Source: Candidatus Latescibacterota bacterium
Lineage (GTDB): Bacteria > Latescibacterota > UBA2968 > UBA8231
Direction: 5' to 3'
DNA: 64,000 nt
NCBI GenBank assembly: GCA_965217585.1
Contig: OZ244561.1
Span: 5,024,001-5,088,000 of the forward strand
The notes beneath the pieces were generated by a model. It saw nothing but the letters and a program-made list of their open reading frames with translations. It was not told the origin of the DNA and did not search any database. Each line of letters starts with the position of its first letter. The first letter of the stretch is position 1. The translations under genes and the position numbers were made by a program. Shown here in pieces: positions 9,558 through 19,395 of this stretch.

Positions 9558-10369
9558 GATGAAAAAACAGGGGGCCTGTTGTGTGCTGTTGGCCTTTGAG
9601 CTGCATACCGGCTTGCGCTGAAAAATGGAGTCCTTTGATCGAGGCGTTTATCGGCGTCGGGTCTGACCAGTCCAGCCTATCGATGCGCACGAAGCGGCCG
9701 TGGGCTTTGTCTTGTGGGCTCAAGGCGACCGTCCGGTTGGATTGGAGGGCGACGATAAAGTGTTTCTTCAGGTCTTGGCGGATAAACGACCGGTTTTCTT
9801 TGGCCGAAAACCAACTATCGGCCAAGACATAGCGGTAGCTCAGGCGATTGTGCTGGCAGATCCGTAGCATCGGCCGCAGCAATTGGTTTTTGGTCACCTC
9901 GCTTTTGCCTTTGAGCGGCCGCGTTTGGCGATCGCAAAACGGAATCGGTTTACGCACTAACGCATAGGCCACCGGCACACTGACATCGCCGGCCTGATAG
10001 ATGCAATTGAGCAGGTTCAAGCCTTTGACGGAGCGGTTTTTACTAGGATCGAAGTGCCAACAGATCAACTCATTTTCATCCGTGTGCGGCTTTTCCTGAA
10101 TCGTGTCATCGAAAATGAGCACCCCGTCTTCACGCTCGATGGTGCGCACCACGGATTTGACTTGATGCCAGAGCTCTTTCGACGTGTACTCGGCTTGGGA
10201 CAAAAAGCGCGTCACTTGGTCGTGGCTGATTTGGCCATCCAACAGAGACGAAAGGCCGGTGGCGGTCGTAGCGCCAAAAGAACTCAACAGATAATCACTA
10301 TAGAGGGCTAACAGTTTTTTATCCATGACAGAAAAGATAAACCAATGCCTAAAGGCTGCGTAACATCAC
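9558..10369 (-). mobile_element. IS701-family element remnant; C-terminally truncated transposase at 9550-10326
   Basis: YSDYLLSSF...SHDQVTRFLS, LIFDDTIQEK, YVLADSWFS DDE motifs; the ORF loses transposase character after about 235 aa; boundaries approximate. Confidence 0.75.
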
Positions 10370-10426
10370 TGCATAATTGTTCGCTAGTCCGACCGATCTC
10401 CCGTGTAGATTGGGTGTTGCTCTAAG

Positions 10427-13066
10427 TCAGGCAACGCTGGTTTTTTCTAGTAACTGCTGCCGTACGTCCTTCCCATCGACCATTTGCTCCGCGATGATGA
10501 ACAGGCCCTTGCCGTCACTCGACCTCTCCCAAAGAGCGCCAATGGTCCGCTTTTCGTTGGTATCGGACCCTTCGGCGATATGTGCGCCTTTGTATTCGAC
10601 GACGACGAGACGACCGTCGTTTAGCAAAGAGACGAAGTCCGGGTAGAATTTGTCTGTTGCGGTGGGCAGCCAAAACGAGTTGGGATGGCGCGCTACATTG
10701 CGAATCCAGTACTTCACTGCCGCCAGACTGTCGATGACCTGAGCGCATCGCATTTCCTCGCCGTCGTCTGCGCCGTCAAAGATGGGAACGCGATCCGGGC
10801 CTAAGAAGTGCTTGCCCGGTTTCCAGCGCCCGCGATAGCGCCGTTGCTCCCAGTACATGTTGTCCACAAATGTGAAGGCCGTATCGAACGAGACCGTTGT
10901 GTTGGCCTCGGGTACCAAGAGGTACTGCTGATAGACTCTGCTTCGTTCCTTTTGGCGAATGTCCGCGATCTTGTTCTCGATTTTCTTGGCGAGTAGGAAC
11001 TTGCAACGCATTAGCGCGGCGATGGTCATGCCGCGTGTGTTGAGCAGGTGATCGACCAGTTCGCGCAGCCATTTGAGCAGTTCGCTTTGGTGAATGTCCA
11101 TCTGGCGCACCTGCCGGTCGAGCCACAGGACGAGCGCCTCGGCGGTCCAGCCTTCGACGGCAATATCCAGCGCCAATTGCTCCTCTTCGCTGGCGAACTG
11201 GTAGGTGATGCGATTGCCGTCAATGTCTATTGCAAAGCTGCGCGCTGTCTCGTGGATAGTGAACTCCTGTTCGTCCATTTTTGGCGAATAATCGAGTAGC
11301 GACCAGTCGTGGTATTCCATGAACACGTCCGTATCGGCGAATTCCAGCGTGCCCTGGATTTCCGACATGAGGCGTGGGACTTTGAATGGCTGGCCCTGTT
11401 CGGCGGGGGATACTTGCTCTTTGACCGCGGCGCGGTATTGGGTAACGGCAGTGGCAAAACCTTTTCGCTCCTGCTCGGGCAATGCCTCCAAAATCACCTG
11501 CTCGCGGTCCTGATTGATCCAGCCAGTAAGCGCGATCTCGACCTGCCCTTCAGCGGTTTCGCGTACTAGCAGTCCGTCGTGCTCTGACTCTCTGAGTTCC
11601 GACAGGATTTCCGGGGTTGCCGGGGTCGTATATCTGAATACCGGCTCCGGCTTTTCCTGCGGACTGAACAAGTCTCTCTGGAAGTCGAGCGTGCGCTGCA
11701 CCGGCTCAATGTTATCGAGGGCTTCGTCTTCCTCAAAGCCCATGTCCACCAATTTGTCGGCCAAGGCGCGCGCCGCTTCGCCAAAAGATGGCTCGGACAG
11801 GAAGGCGTAGGCTTTGTTGAGGCCGGGTGCTTGGCGGCGCTTGGCATAGGGCATCCGCAGCACGCGGCCGAGTAATTGCTCGACGTCTGTCGCGCTTTGG
11901 ATGCGCGATACGGAGCAGAAAATGTAGGCGAAGGAGCAGTCCCATCCTTCTTTGAGCGCCTCGATCGTAATGACGTATTCGATGGGACAGGTGCGGTCGA
12001 ACAAGTCGATGCCGTCGAGTTCGCGCTGGTCGCCGGTGGCAATGGCGATTTTGCTTTCCGGGATTTGCTCAATGTCTATCAGGTGATTTTTCAGGGCCGC
12101 GACTGTTACCTCTTGGTTTTTCGGCTGCGCTTGGAACAAGATGATGGGACGGATGTAGTCGGCATCGTCCTTGGCCGTCTCTGCAAGTGAAGCACAGGTG
12201 GCAATGGCCCCGTTCACCGCGTTCTGCCAAGTGTCGTGCTCGGCAAGCATGATGGGCAGTTTGATCATTTCTTCGCGCTTGAGTTCTTGGGCGGTGACGC
12301 TGTGCAGGATGTTCGACTTGCGCTGCGGGGTCGCTGTGAATTCGACGATGGCGCAGGGGTTGACTCGCGCCTGCATTTCCCGCGTCAGGCCGGTGACGGC
12401 GTTGTGTGCCTCATCGACTATCATCAGGGGCTGATGGCGATGCAGCAGGTTGGCGAAGGAGAATTTGACGGTGCCGTTGTCCAGCTTTTCCAAGCCAGGC
12501 GCAGTATCCCGGACGCCGGAGAAGTGCGGTTCCATTTCTTCGTTGTGGGCGTATACTTTGCGCCCTTCGGTGTTCGACACCCGCAGCGTTTGAATGGTGC
12601 CGACCACAATGCAGCAGTGATCGCGCAGGTCGTGCGGCCGGATATGGGTGAAGTCGGCGATGTCGAATACGCGCACCCGGCCGTCGAAAGCATCGTCCAG
12701 CGTTTGCCGATACGCATGGCGGGTGTTTTTCAGGGCTTCGACTGTCTGTCGGCGGATGATATTGGTCGGCACCAACCACAGCACCAATGGATAGTCCTTT
12801 TCGATCCAGGCATTGCGGGCGATGGAGACGGCGTGGGCGGCTAGGATTGTTTTGCCGCCGCCGGTGGGTAGGCGCAGGCAGACGTAGGGAACGTCCGGTA
12901 ATTCTTTTAGCGGTGCATAGGATTCGGCATAGCCTCTAAGCCGCGCGGCCTGCTCTGGCTCTTGGGTTATGGCTTCGTAGGCGTTTTTGGGTCCGGCGAT
13001 ACGCGCTTCCTCGAAGAAGCGGCGCAGGACGGAGAGGGTGTCGGCTTGATATTGTTTTAGCTGCAT
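10427..13066 (-). CDS. res: Type III restriction-modification Res subunit (SF2 helicase plus PD-(D/E)XK nuclease)
   Basis: PTGGGKT, DEAH, FTATP, EGWDC, QLLGRVLR, FYPDF...VEYKG. Confidence 0.9.
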   Translation of the reverse strand: MQLKQYQADTLSVLRRFFEEARIAGPKNAYEAITQEPEQAARLRGYAESYAPLKELPDVPYVCLRLPTGGGKTILAAHAVSIARNAWIEKDYPLVLWLVPTNIIRRQTVEALKNTRHAYRQTLDDAFDGRVRVFDIADFTHIRPHDLRDHCCIVVGTIQTLRVSNTEGRKVYAHNEEMEPHFSGVRDTAPGLEKLDNGTVKFSFANLLHRHQPLMIVDEAHNAVTGLTREMQARVNPCAIVEFTATPQRKSNILHSVTAQELKREEMIKLPIMLAEHDTWQNAVNGAIATCASLAETAKDDADYIRPIILFQAQPKNQEVTVAALKNHLIDIEQIPESKIAIATGDQRELDGIDLFDRTCPIEYVITIEALKEGWDCSFAYIFCSVSRIQSATDVEQLLGRVLRMPYAKRRQAPGLNKAYAFLSEPSFGEAARALADKLVDMGFEEDEALDNIEPVQRTLDFQRDLFSPQEKPEPVFRYTTPATPEILSELRESEHDGLLVRETAEGQVEIALTGWINQDREQVILEALPEQERKGFATAVTQYRAAVKEQVSPAEQGQPFKVPRLMSEIQGTLEFADTDVFMEYHDWSLLDYSPKMDEQEFTIHETARSFAIDIDGNRITYQFASEEEQLALDIAVEGWTAEALVLWLDRQVRQMDIHQSELLKWLRELVDHLLNTRGMTIAALMRCKFLLAKKIENKIADIRQKERSRVYQQYLLVPEANTTVSFDTAFTFVDNMYWEQRRYRGRWKPGKHFLGPDRVPIFDGADDGEEMRCAQVIDSLAAVKYWIRNVARHPNSFWLPTATDKFYPDFVSLLNDGRLVVVEYKGAHIAEGSDTNEKRTIGALWERSSDGKGLFIIAEQMVDGKDVRQQLLEKTSVA

Positions 13067-13069
13067 GGA

Positions 13070-14593
13070 TCAGGTGCGCGCTTTGATATCGTAGGGCGTC
13101 TGTTTGAAGACGATGCCTTGCTGGTCGAGCGTCGCTGGCGTCAAGCGCGACTGCTCGCCATAGACCGTGAGCGGTCCGGCGAAATTGGCGTCCTTGTGTG
13201 CAATTTCCTGCCGAATCACAGCGAGGGTTGCACGGGTCAAGACGTTGCCTTTGTCGCCGAGGATGCCGTTGTACAGCAAGGCATAAGCGCGGCCGTCGTG
13301 TAGGCCGAGGAAGGGGGAAGCGCTGTTGCCGCGCCACGGACGCCCGGTTTCGCTGAAATAGACATGGGCGGCGAGCACGGAAAAGCGAATGTCGGAGCGG
13401 ATATGCCCTTCCTCGTCGAATACGGGTGGGCCGAGGCGATAGAAGCGGAAGCCGCCGCCGCCCTGCCAGCCGACGCTTTTGGAGATGCCGCCTTGTTCAC
13501 CGTCAATCACTTTGTTCAGGCGGGGGACGCAATGGCTAACGGCGTGCTCGCCCATTTCAATGCCGATGTAGCGGCGGCCCATCTTGTGCGCGACGGCTGC
13601 GGTGGTACCGGAGCCGAGGAAAGAGTCGAGGACGAGGTCGCCGGGGTCGGTGGCGATGTGGAGGATGCGTTGAAGAAGGCGTTCGGGTTTTGGAGTGTCG
13701 AAGGCATTGGATGCTCCAAACAGAGCATTTACTTCTTTCTTGGCTTCCTGATTATGACCGACTTCCCTGTTGGTCCACCAACTCCAAGATTTTACTCCTT
13801 CTGCCTCCGATAGATAGTTTTTTACGCGCGGTCGAGATCTGCCATCCTTCCCAAACCATATCCTTCCTTGATTACACAGATGCCTAAAGTTCTCTTTAAC
13901 ATTAGCCCAGCATCGGCCCTCTGGTGGAGAATAACGAACGCCAGCCGGAGTTACGATTTCATACATCTGATTTGGTCGATAACCTTGGGCGGTGAAATCC
14001 GTAGAAACCCACGGGCCGCGTAAGTCATCATCAGGATTCTTGTATGAACTGCGCTGCTCCTCTGTAAGCGACAGATTGTTTAAGCTGTTTCTTGTCGTCT
14101 GGCTACCATAAACAAAGATATGGTCATGCGCATCACCCATATTTATCCGTCCGTCAGGCGATGTTCTCTTTTGCCAAAGGCAGTTTACAATGAAGTTTTT
14201 TCGACCATAGATTTCGTCTGCAATGATCTTGAGATAGTGACTCTCTTCGTCATCAATATTGATCCAAATTGATCCTTCATCCGCTAGGAACTCTCTCAAT
14301 ATTTCGAGACGCGGCCACATCACCGCTAGCCACTTGCTGTGTTCGAGATTGTCGTCGTAGTGCTCGAAGGCCGAGCGCGTGTTATACGGCGGGTCGATGT
14401 AGATGCACTTCACTTGATTGGCGTAGAACGGCAGCAGTGCCTTCAGTGCTTCCAGATTGTCGCCTTGGATGAGCATGTTGGCGGCGTCTGGGTCGCCGGT
14501 GGAAAGGTCGGGAGCTTCTTCAAGGAGGCGATAGGGGACGCGGGCGGCGGCGTGGATGTCGGCGTCTCGCGTGAGCCAGTGCAGAGTCGGCAT
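13070..14593 (-). CDS. mod: Type III R-M Mod subunit (N6-adenine methyltransferase, beta class)
   Basis: IQGDNLEAL, IYIDPPYN, TPKPE.LL.RI, LDSFLGSGTT; lies 3 bp upstream of res. Confidence 0.9.
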   Translation of the reverse strand: MPTLHWLTRDADIHAAARVPYRLLEEAPDLSTGDPDAANMLIQGDNLEALKALLPFYANQVKCIYIDPPYNTRSAFEHYDDNLEHSKWLAVMWPRLEILREFLADEGSIWINIDDEESHYLKIIADEIYGRKNFIVNCLWQKRTSPDGRINMGDAHDHIFVYGSQTTRNSLNNLSLTEEQRSSYKNPDDDLRGPWVSTDFTAQGYRPNQMYEIVTPAGVRYSPPEGRCWANVKENFRHLCNQGRIWFGKDGRSRPRVKNYLSEAEGVKSWSWWTNREVGHNQEAKKEVNALFGASNAFDTPKPERLLQRILHIATDPGDLVLDSFLGSGTTAAVAHKMGRRYIGIEMGEHAVSHCVPRLNKVIDGEQGGISKSVGWQGGGGFRFYRLGPPVFDEEGHIRSDIRFSVLAAHVYFSETGRPWRGNSASPFLGLHDGRAYALLYNGILGDKGNVLTRATLAVIRQEIAHKDANFAGPLTVYGEQSRLTPATLDQQGIVFKQTPYDIKART

Positions 14594-16098
14594 TAGCTAT
14601 CGGCCTCCGGGACTTCTTTTTTATATTCGGCGATCCATTCTTCGGCTTCTTCTTCGGTGTAGGAGCCGGTAATAGCGCCGCTGTCTTCCGGCAGTCCATA
14701 GCTTATCGGTTCGCCAATGTGGGGTGTCAGTTTTTTCCGCAACTTATTTGCTTTTTCGGCAGGCAAATCTTTTAGAGTTTGTGTTAAAATTTCTGGTTTG
14801 CTCCGAGCTCGATTTAAAAGGCGTCGGAGCAGACAGAGCAAGCCGTCTGTGCCGCTAGAATAGCCCAAGCCTCCTACAAGGGAAGCCACATCTTCTTTGG
14901 TCAATCCGCCTGCGAAAATTATCGTCGATAAATCGGTTTCTTTGCCAATTGACGACTTGATGTGTTGTGCAAACTGACGACTAGACCATGGTTTAATGTC
15001 AGCTCCTTGCAGTGATGCCTCGTGAAGATCAGCCCCTTGCAGTTGTGTAAAAGAAAGAATAGCTCCTTGCAGTGATGCCTCACTAAGATCAGCCCCTTGT
15101 AGTCGTGCTGACGTAAGATTAGCTCCTTGCAGTGATGCCCCTCGAAGATCAGCTCCTTGCAGTGATGCCTCACTAAGATCAGCCCCTTGTAGCTCTGCCA
15201 ACGCAAGATGATCGGTTCCTTGTAGCTGTGCCCTGTAAAGAGTGGCCCCTTGTAGTTGCACCGACTCAAGATTAGCTCCTTGCAGACGGGCTTCACTTAG
15301 CAATCCCCTTTGCAGTTTCGCGTCACGAAGGTCTGTTCCTTGCAAGTATGCATTTCGAAGGTCAACCCCCTGTAGATGCGCCCCCGTGAGATCAGCCTTT
15401 TGCAGGTAAGCCTTGGTCATGATTAGAACAGTCTTTGACAGACGTGCTCCTGGGAGACTGGCTCCGTTTAGCCAACTTCCCTCCAAATTGATAAGGTGAT
15501 TTTCAAAGACCCTGTGGGGCATCACAAATAGTAAAGTCAATAAGCTTTGGATTTCTTCCGAGGGTTCCGACTTGTGCGTTTCTCGATACTCGTCCTTTCC
15601 AGTCGTCTGGCGGACATAGGCGCAGAGAATATCGAGCACCGTCTGGCGCAACTCTTTGGTGTCTTTCGCCAGATGGAAGAGTTCGTAGGCTCCACCTAGA
15701 CGCACAGAGTCCTTTTCGTGCCCTAAGTGTTCAATGGCGTTTTTCAGGCGCTCCTGCCGCTGCCCCTGTTCGGTGAGCTTGTTGGCTTTTGCCTGCTCCT
15801 CTGTGGCTCTAGCCTGTGCTTTTGCGGCATCGGCCTGCGTTTTCGCGGTATCCTCCAGCGCCTTGGCGCGCTTGTAGGACATCAGGGCTTGCAGGGCGAC
15901 CAACAAGCCGCCCATGCCGATCCCAACAAATTTCAGAGTCTCTAAATTTTTTTTGGATAAACCAGGAAGTCCAGAAATATGCGTTCCGGCACGCTCAGAG
16001 AACAGGACGCATACGAAAGCCACGAACGTTAGGGTGAGCAGGACGCTAAGAATGCTTAAAAGAGGCTCTTTTTTGACTTTGTTCCAGATAGCCTTCAC
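14593..16098 (-). CDS. Membrane-anchored pentapeptide-repeat protein
   Basis: Two N-terminal TM segments, ERL..AIEHLG....VRLGG.Y.L motif, long A.LQGA.L repeat tract; TAATG overlap with mod. Confidence 0.85.
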   Translation of the reverse strand: MKAIWNKVKKEPLLSILSVLLTLTFVAFVCVLFSERAGTHISGLPGLSKKNLETLKFVGIGMGGLLVALQALMSYKRAKALEDTAKTQADAAKAQARATEEQAKANKLTEQGQRQERLKNAIEHLGHEKDSVRLGGAYELFHLAKDTKELRQTVLDILCAYVRQTTGKDEYRETHKSEPSEEIQSLLTLLFVMPHRVFENHLINLEGSWLNGASLPGARLSKTVLIMTKAYLQKADLTGAHLQGVDLRNAYLQGTDLRDAKLQRGLLSEARLQGANLESVQLQGATLYRAQLQGTDHLALAELQGADLSEASLQGADLRGASLQGANLTSARLQGADLSEASLQGAILSFTQLQGADLHEASLQGADIKPWSSRQFAQHIKSSIGKETDLSTIIFAGGLTKEDVASLVGGLGYSSGTDGLLCLLRRLLNRARSKPEILTQTLKDLPAEKANKLRKKLTPHIGEPISYGLPEDSGAITGSYTEEEAEEWIAEYKKEVPEADS

Positions 16099-16144
16099 GA
16101 TAGCCTTTCACGGTAAAAGCGCGCTTAATACTCAACTCTCTCGT

Positions 16145-16834
16145 TTAGTCGGAAGTCGCCAGCGAGCATTCCAAGCGTTCTAACCATTCCTCAAAGTGTG
16201 GGCACTCGCGGCGTATTGCACGGATACCGATTTCCAATGCAGCTAAGTTTCCCATCAGCGGCTTCTGGTAGTTAGGCATCAGATGCTCAATGCGCTTAGA
16301 GGGTGCGGTATGAGGTGAATCGTCGATTTCTTCCGGGCTGGCGAATTGGTCGCGAATGGCCTGCAAAGGCTGGACGAGATCCTCTCGGCCAATTCCGCGA
16401 CCGAATCCTTCACAATCGCTGAAAAGCATGGCCTCGAACTCGTGCATCATCACGTATGGAATGAAGCGGTCCAGGTTAAAGGCACCGCCCATCCCTTGGC
16501 TGATGTCTGCCGAAAGCAAAGCCTCAACAGTCTTTGCTTTCTGTGCAAACGAAACCCCGCCCGCGCCCTTTCTTCCCGGCCAAGTTTGCGGTAGCCCGTA
16601 GTAATCCACCATGGTAGTGACAAGGCGTCCAGCATCTTGCTTGAGGTGCCTCAATATATCCTTCCTTACCTCGTCCCATCCCTTGATCCCGCCTCGGCGG
16701 CTGCGCTGACGAACGTTCCCTATCAAGCGAGCACTCACCACAGAGTAGCCACGAGTATACAAGTAGGGGCTGAGCACTTCGTTTACGAAGGTCTCTTCGG
16801 TTTCGCCCTCGACATGTACGAGTAACCGGCTCAC
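16145..16834 (-). CDS. DUF4276-family (TOPRIM-like) protein
   Basis: LVHVEGETEE.F, TTMVDYY, HEFEA.LFSD, PEEI.D....APSKRI; GTG start overlaps the upstream ATPase stop. Confidence 0.8.
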   Translation of the reverse strand: MSRLLVHVEGETEETFVNEVLSPYLYTRGYSVVSARLIGNVRQRSRRGGIKGWDEVRKDILRHLKQDAGRLVTTMVDYYGLPQTWPGRKGAGGVSFAQKAKTVEALLSADISQGMGGAFNLDRFIPYVMMHEFEAMLFSDCEGFGRGIGREDLVQPLQAIRDQFASPEEIDDSPHTAPSKRIEHLMPNYQKPLMGNLAALEIGIRAIRRECPHFEEWLERLECSLATSD

Positions 16835-17958
16835 CCCAATTCTTCTGGGGCAGGGCGACCGCCGATCTCGTTCTTCTCCCACAACTGGCCGAGGCTGTAG
16901 TCCTGCAACCACGTTTCTAGGCTAGGCGTATCCAGCCGCGTGAGTTGTGTTTGTCCGTTTACGCGGTTGGCCACGAGCACGTCTTCTGGCTCGAAGTGAT
17001 CAAGCAGAAAAGGCGACTGGGTCGCCAGAATGATCTGCGTTTGGGCCGCTGCCTGCTTGAGAAGGGAGGCCAACATAGTGATCGCGTAGGGATGCAGGCC
17101 AAGCTCTGGTTCGTCTAAGAGAATGACCGAGGGCCGAAGCGACTCTGGCTGGAGGAGCAGGGTCGCCAGTGCAATAAACCGCAGTGAGCCATCGGAGAGC
17201 GAAGCGGCATCAAAGTAGGCGTCGGTTCCTTTGTGCCGCCATTCGAGGCGAATTTTGTCCTCGTTGAGCTGTTGAGGAGCAAGTGCAAAATCGTCAAAAA
17301 ACGGCGCAACTCTCTGCACTGTACGACGGATCAGGCTATACGAAGACTCATGCTTCTCGCGCAAGTAGTACAGAAATGGGGCCAAGTTGGCACCGTCGGG
17401 ACGAAAAAAGCGGTTGTCGTTCAAGTCGGCAGTTTTCTTCATTGACGAGCCGGAACTCGTGTCGTGGAAATGGTAGAGACGCCAACTGTCGAGAGGATTT
17501 TTTATGTCATTCTCAAGTTGTGGTGCTTCCGGCAATGAGGGAAGTTCGACTTCGTCGCTAGATGTACTATCAAAAGATTGTACAGATTGATATCCAGGAT
17601 GCTCCGACTGGGTACCTTCTAATTCCATACGGAGCGCGTCCACATAGAGCGCATCCGCGTCCGTTGCCTTCAGCCTGATCTCATACTTGTAGCTCTTCTC
17701 TTTAAAAGAGAGCCGAACGATTAACTCCTCTGTTACCTTAGAGCCGTAGTGCAGAATCTTATCAGCTCCGCCGGCTTGGATGACGTAGTGTCGGAGATGC
17801 TCTGAGTTAATGGCATTGAGGAAGGGGAACACGCCGATGAAGTTCGACTTGCCTGAGCCATTTGGACCGATCAGTACATTGATTGGGCCAAGCGGCAAAT
17901 TCTCAATATGGCTAATACTCTTAAAGCCTTTGATCGAGATACTGTGGAGTGTGGACAT
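16831..17958 (-). CDS. AAA_21/ABC-type ATPase (SMC/OLD-like)
   Basis: Walker A GPNGSGKSN, signature LSDGSLR, Walker B ILLDEPE, ATQS switch. Confidence 0.85.
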   Translation of the reverse strand: MSTLHSISIKGFKSISHIENLPLGPINVLIGPNGSGKSNFIGVFPFLNAINSEHLRHYVIQAGGADKILHYGSKVTEELIVRLSFKEKSYKYEIRLKATDADALYVDALRMELEGTQSEHPGYQSVQSFDSTSSDEVELPSLPEAPQLENDIKNPLDSWRLYHFHDTSSGSSMKKTADLNDNRFFRPDGANLAPFLYYLREKHESSYSLIRRTVQRVAPFFDDFALAPQQLNEDKIRLEWRHKGTDAYFDAASLSDGSLRFIALATLLLQPESLRPSVILLDEPELGLHPYAITMLASLLKQAAAQTQIILATQSPFLLDHFEPEDVLVANRVNGQTQLTRLDTPSLETWLQDYSLGQLWEKNEIGGRPAPEELG

Positions 17959-17967
17959 AGTGAATTC

Positions 17968-18116
17968 TTATTGTGGTCTGTTTGCTTGGAAGGACCTGAC
18001 CGTCCGCACCTCTCGTCCGGGCAAATAGTGTCTCAACGTCCATGGAACCGACTCATCGAGAAGCACTCTCATTCTTGAGGATACGTTTGGGCGAGAAAGG
18101 TGTCTCCTAGAATCAC
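17968..18116 (-). pseudogene. Fused remnants of two PIN-domain toxins
   Basis: GTG-ILGDT (VapC-like start overlapping the antitoxin stop), followed by MRVLLDESVPWTLRHYLPGREVRTV (DUF5615-type PIN start) that ends prematurely. Confidence 0.55.
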
Positions 18117-18376
18117 TGCTGATGCTTCTTTCTAATGGCCTCGGTAGCGACCTTCTTGGCGCTCTTGGCCGGGGCAATAGCATAGCCACCCGGGCCCAAA
18201 TCGAGACGGCTAAAGACCTCGTATGGCGTTTCGGCGGTTGGCACCTTGGGTGCTAACGCCGCATACGCTTGGAGGCCGCGCTTGAGTACCTCTGATATGG
18301 AAAGGCCGGTCTGGTTGCACAAAACGGACAAGGTAGCTTCGGCATCGTCGTCGAGCTGGATCGTTCTAGTACCCAT
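18113..18376 (-). CDS. Ribbon-helix-helix (CopG-like) antitoxin
   Basis: RTIQLDDDAEATL..L...TGLSISEVLKRGL pattern; followed by a PIN remnant. Confidence 0.7.
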   Translation of the reverse strand: MGTRTIQLDDDAEATLSVLCNQTGLSISEVLKRGLQAYAALAPKVPTAETPYEVFSRLDLGPGGYAIAPAKSAKKVATEAIRKKHQQ

Positions 18377-18644
18377 CTGAAACTCCCGTTGTTGGCTGTA
18401 AAATCATTTTTGAAAACGGCGTATCCGTCAGAAGCTAGTAGGCGACTAAGTGGAGAGAGTGGATAACGGCGACAGCGTTGTCAAGCCGGGCATCAAAGCT
18501 GGCGAGATTGTACGTCTTCCGAAAAAAGGTTCATCGCGCTGCTCGGCGAGGCTTCTGGAGATCTGATAATCACATCAACAGGCAGGACGAAACTCTCAGC
18601 AATCGCTCGACGAATCGGATTGGCCGTCTGCTACCATGCCGTCG

Positions 18645-18830
18645 TTAGGAAATTGGTCGTACTGGAGGAGCAAGCACTACTCTACCGCTTTTTCCCTGTC
18701 TATGCCTTGCATCTTCTAGAATGCGATCAATATCGAAATCCATAGATTTTGCCAAGGCTTCTTTGATCCTTCTTGTCTCTTGGATAATTTCATCCGTAGT
18801 TTCTTTTTCGTCCATTGGTTTCATCCTCAT
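18645..18830 (-). CDS. Small antitoxin-like protein, homologous to 19239-19394
   Basis: DEIIQETRRIKEALAKSMDFDIDRILEDAR..Q.KSGRVV; start inferred from internal ATGs after an AGAGAGGAG RBS. Confidence 0.5.
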   Translation of the reverse strand: MRMKPMDEKETTDEIIQETRRIKEALAKSMDFDIDRILEDARHRQGKSGRVVLAPPVRPIS

Positions 18831-18903
18831 CATACGCTCCTCTCTTGTCTTGTTCAGGTCAACGAACCATCCTATTCGGAAAATAACATGGGGACGAAAG
18901 TCG

Positions 18904-19242
18904 CTAGAACCTTGGAGCCTCATGCCACCCGAAGACAAGGCTCCCGTCAGCGTTATCCTCAGTGATCTGAGAAGGTTCAGTATTTTTCTTCCAATACCAA
19001 CCCGGCGACCCGGAATCATCCACCAAGAACTTATATCCTATATACTCGCCTTTACCACGCTCAATCTTGTATTCACCCCTACGGATTCCGGCGATATACT
19101 CCCGCGTATCTTGGTCGGCAGTGTAATCTCTCCAGCCAATATATACCGACATCCCAGTAAAGACAGCAATTGCCAACGTAAGTAAGACGACGAGAACCGT
19201 TGCCTCCTTTCTGATCCACTGCCAAGGTCTTTGAAAAATCAT
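18904..19242 (-). CDS. Hypothetical single-TM protein
   Basis: 112-aa ORF with one hydrophobic helix; ATGA overlap with the upstream ORF. Confidence 0.5.
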   Translation of the reverse strand: MIFQRPWQWIRKEATVLVVLLTLAIAVFTGMSVYIGWRDYTADQDTREYIAGIRRGEYKIERGKGEYIGYKFLVDDSGSPGWYWKKNTEPSQITEDNADGSLVFGWHEAPRF

Positions 19243-19394
19243 TCCATATTCTCCTTGTGGAGAGACACGACGGGGTGCCCACAGGCCTTCTCTTGCTTGC
19301 GAAGGTCTTCGCAGATTGCATGTAAATCAAACTGGAATTTGGCCGCGTGGGCATCTCTTATCTTTCTAACTTCTTCGACAATGGGATCTTTCAT
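19239..19394 (-). CDS. Small antitoxin-like protein
   Basis: MKDPIVEEVRKIRDAHAAKFQFDLHAICEDLRKQE...GHPVVSL, a type usually found next to PIN genes. Confidence 0.6.
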   Translation of the reverse strand: MKDPIVEEVRKIRDAHAAKFQFDLHAICEDLRKQEKACGHPVVSLHKENME

Positions 19395-19395
19395 T

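Noticed and set aside
18380-18640. Possible gene remnant between the RHH gene and the small antitoxin-like gene
   Set aside because: Short open stretches on the + strand, but no family could be recognised.
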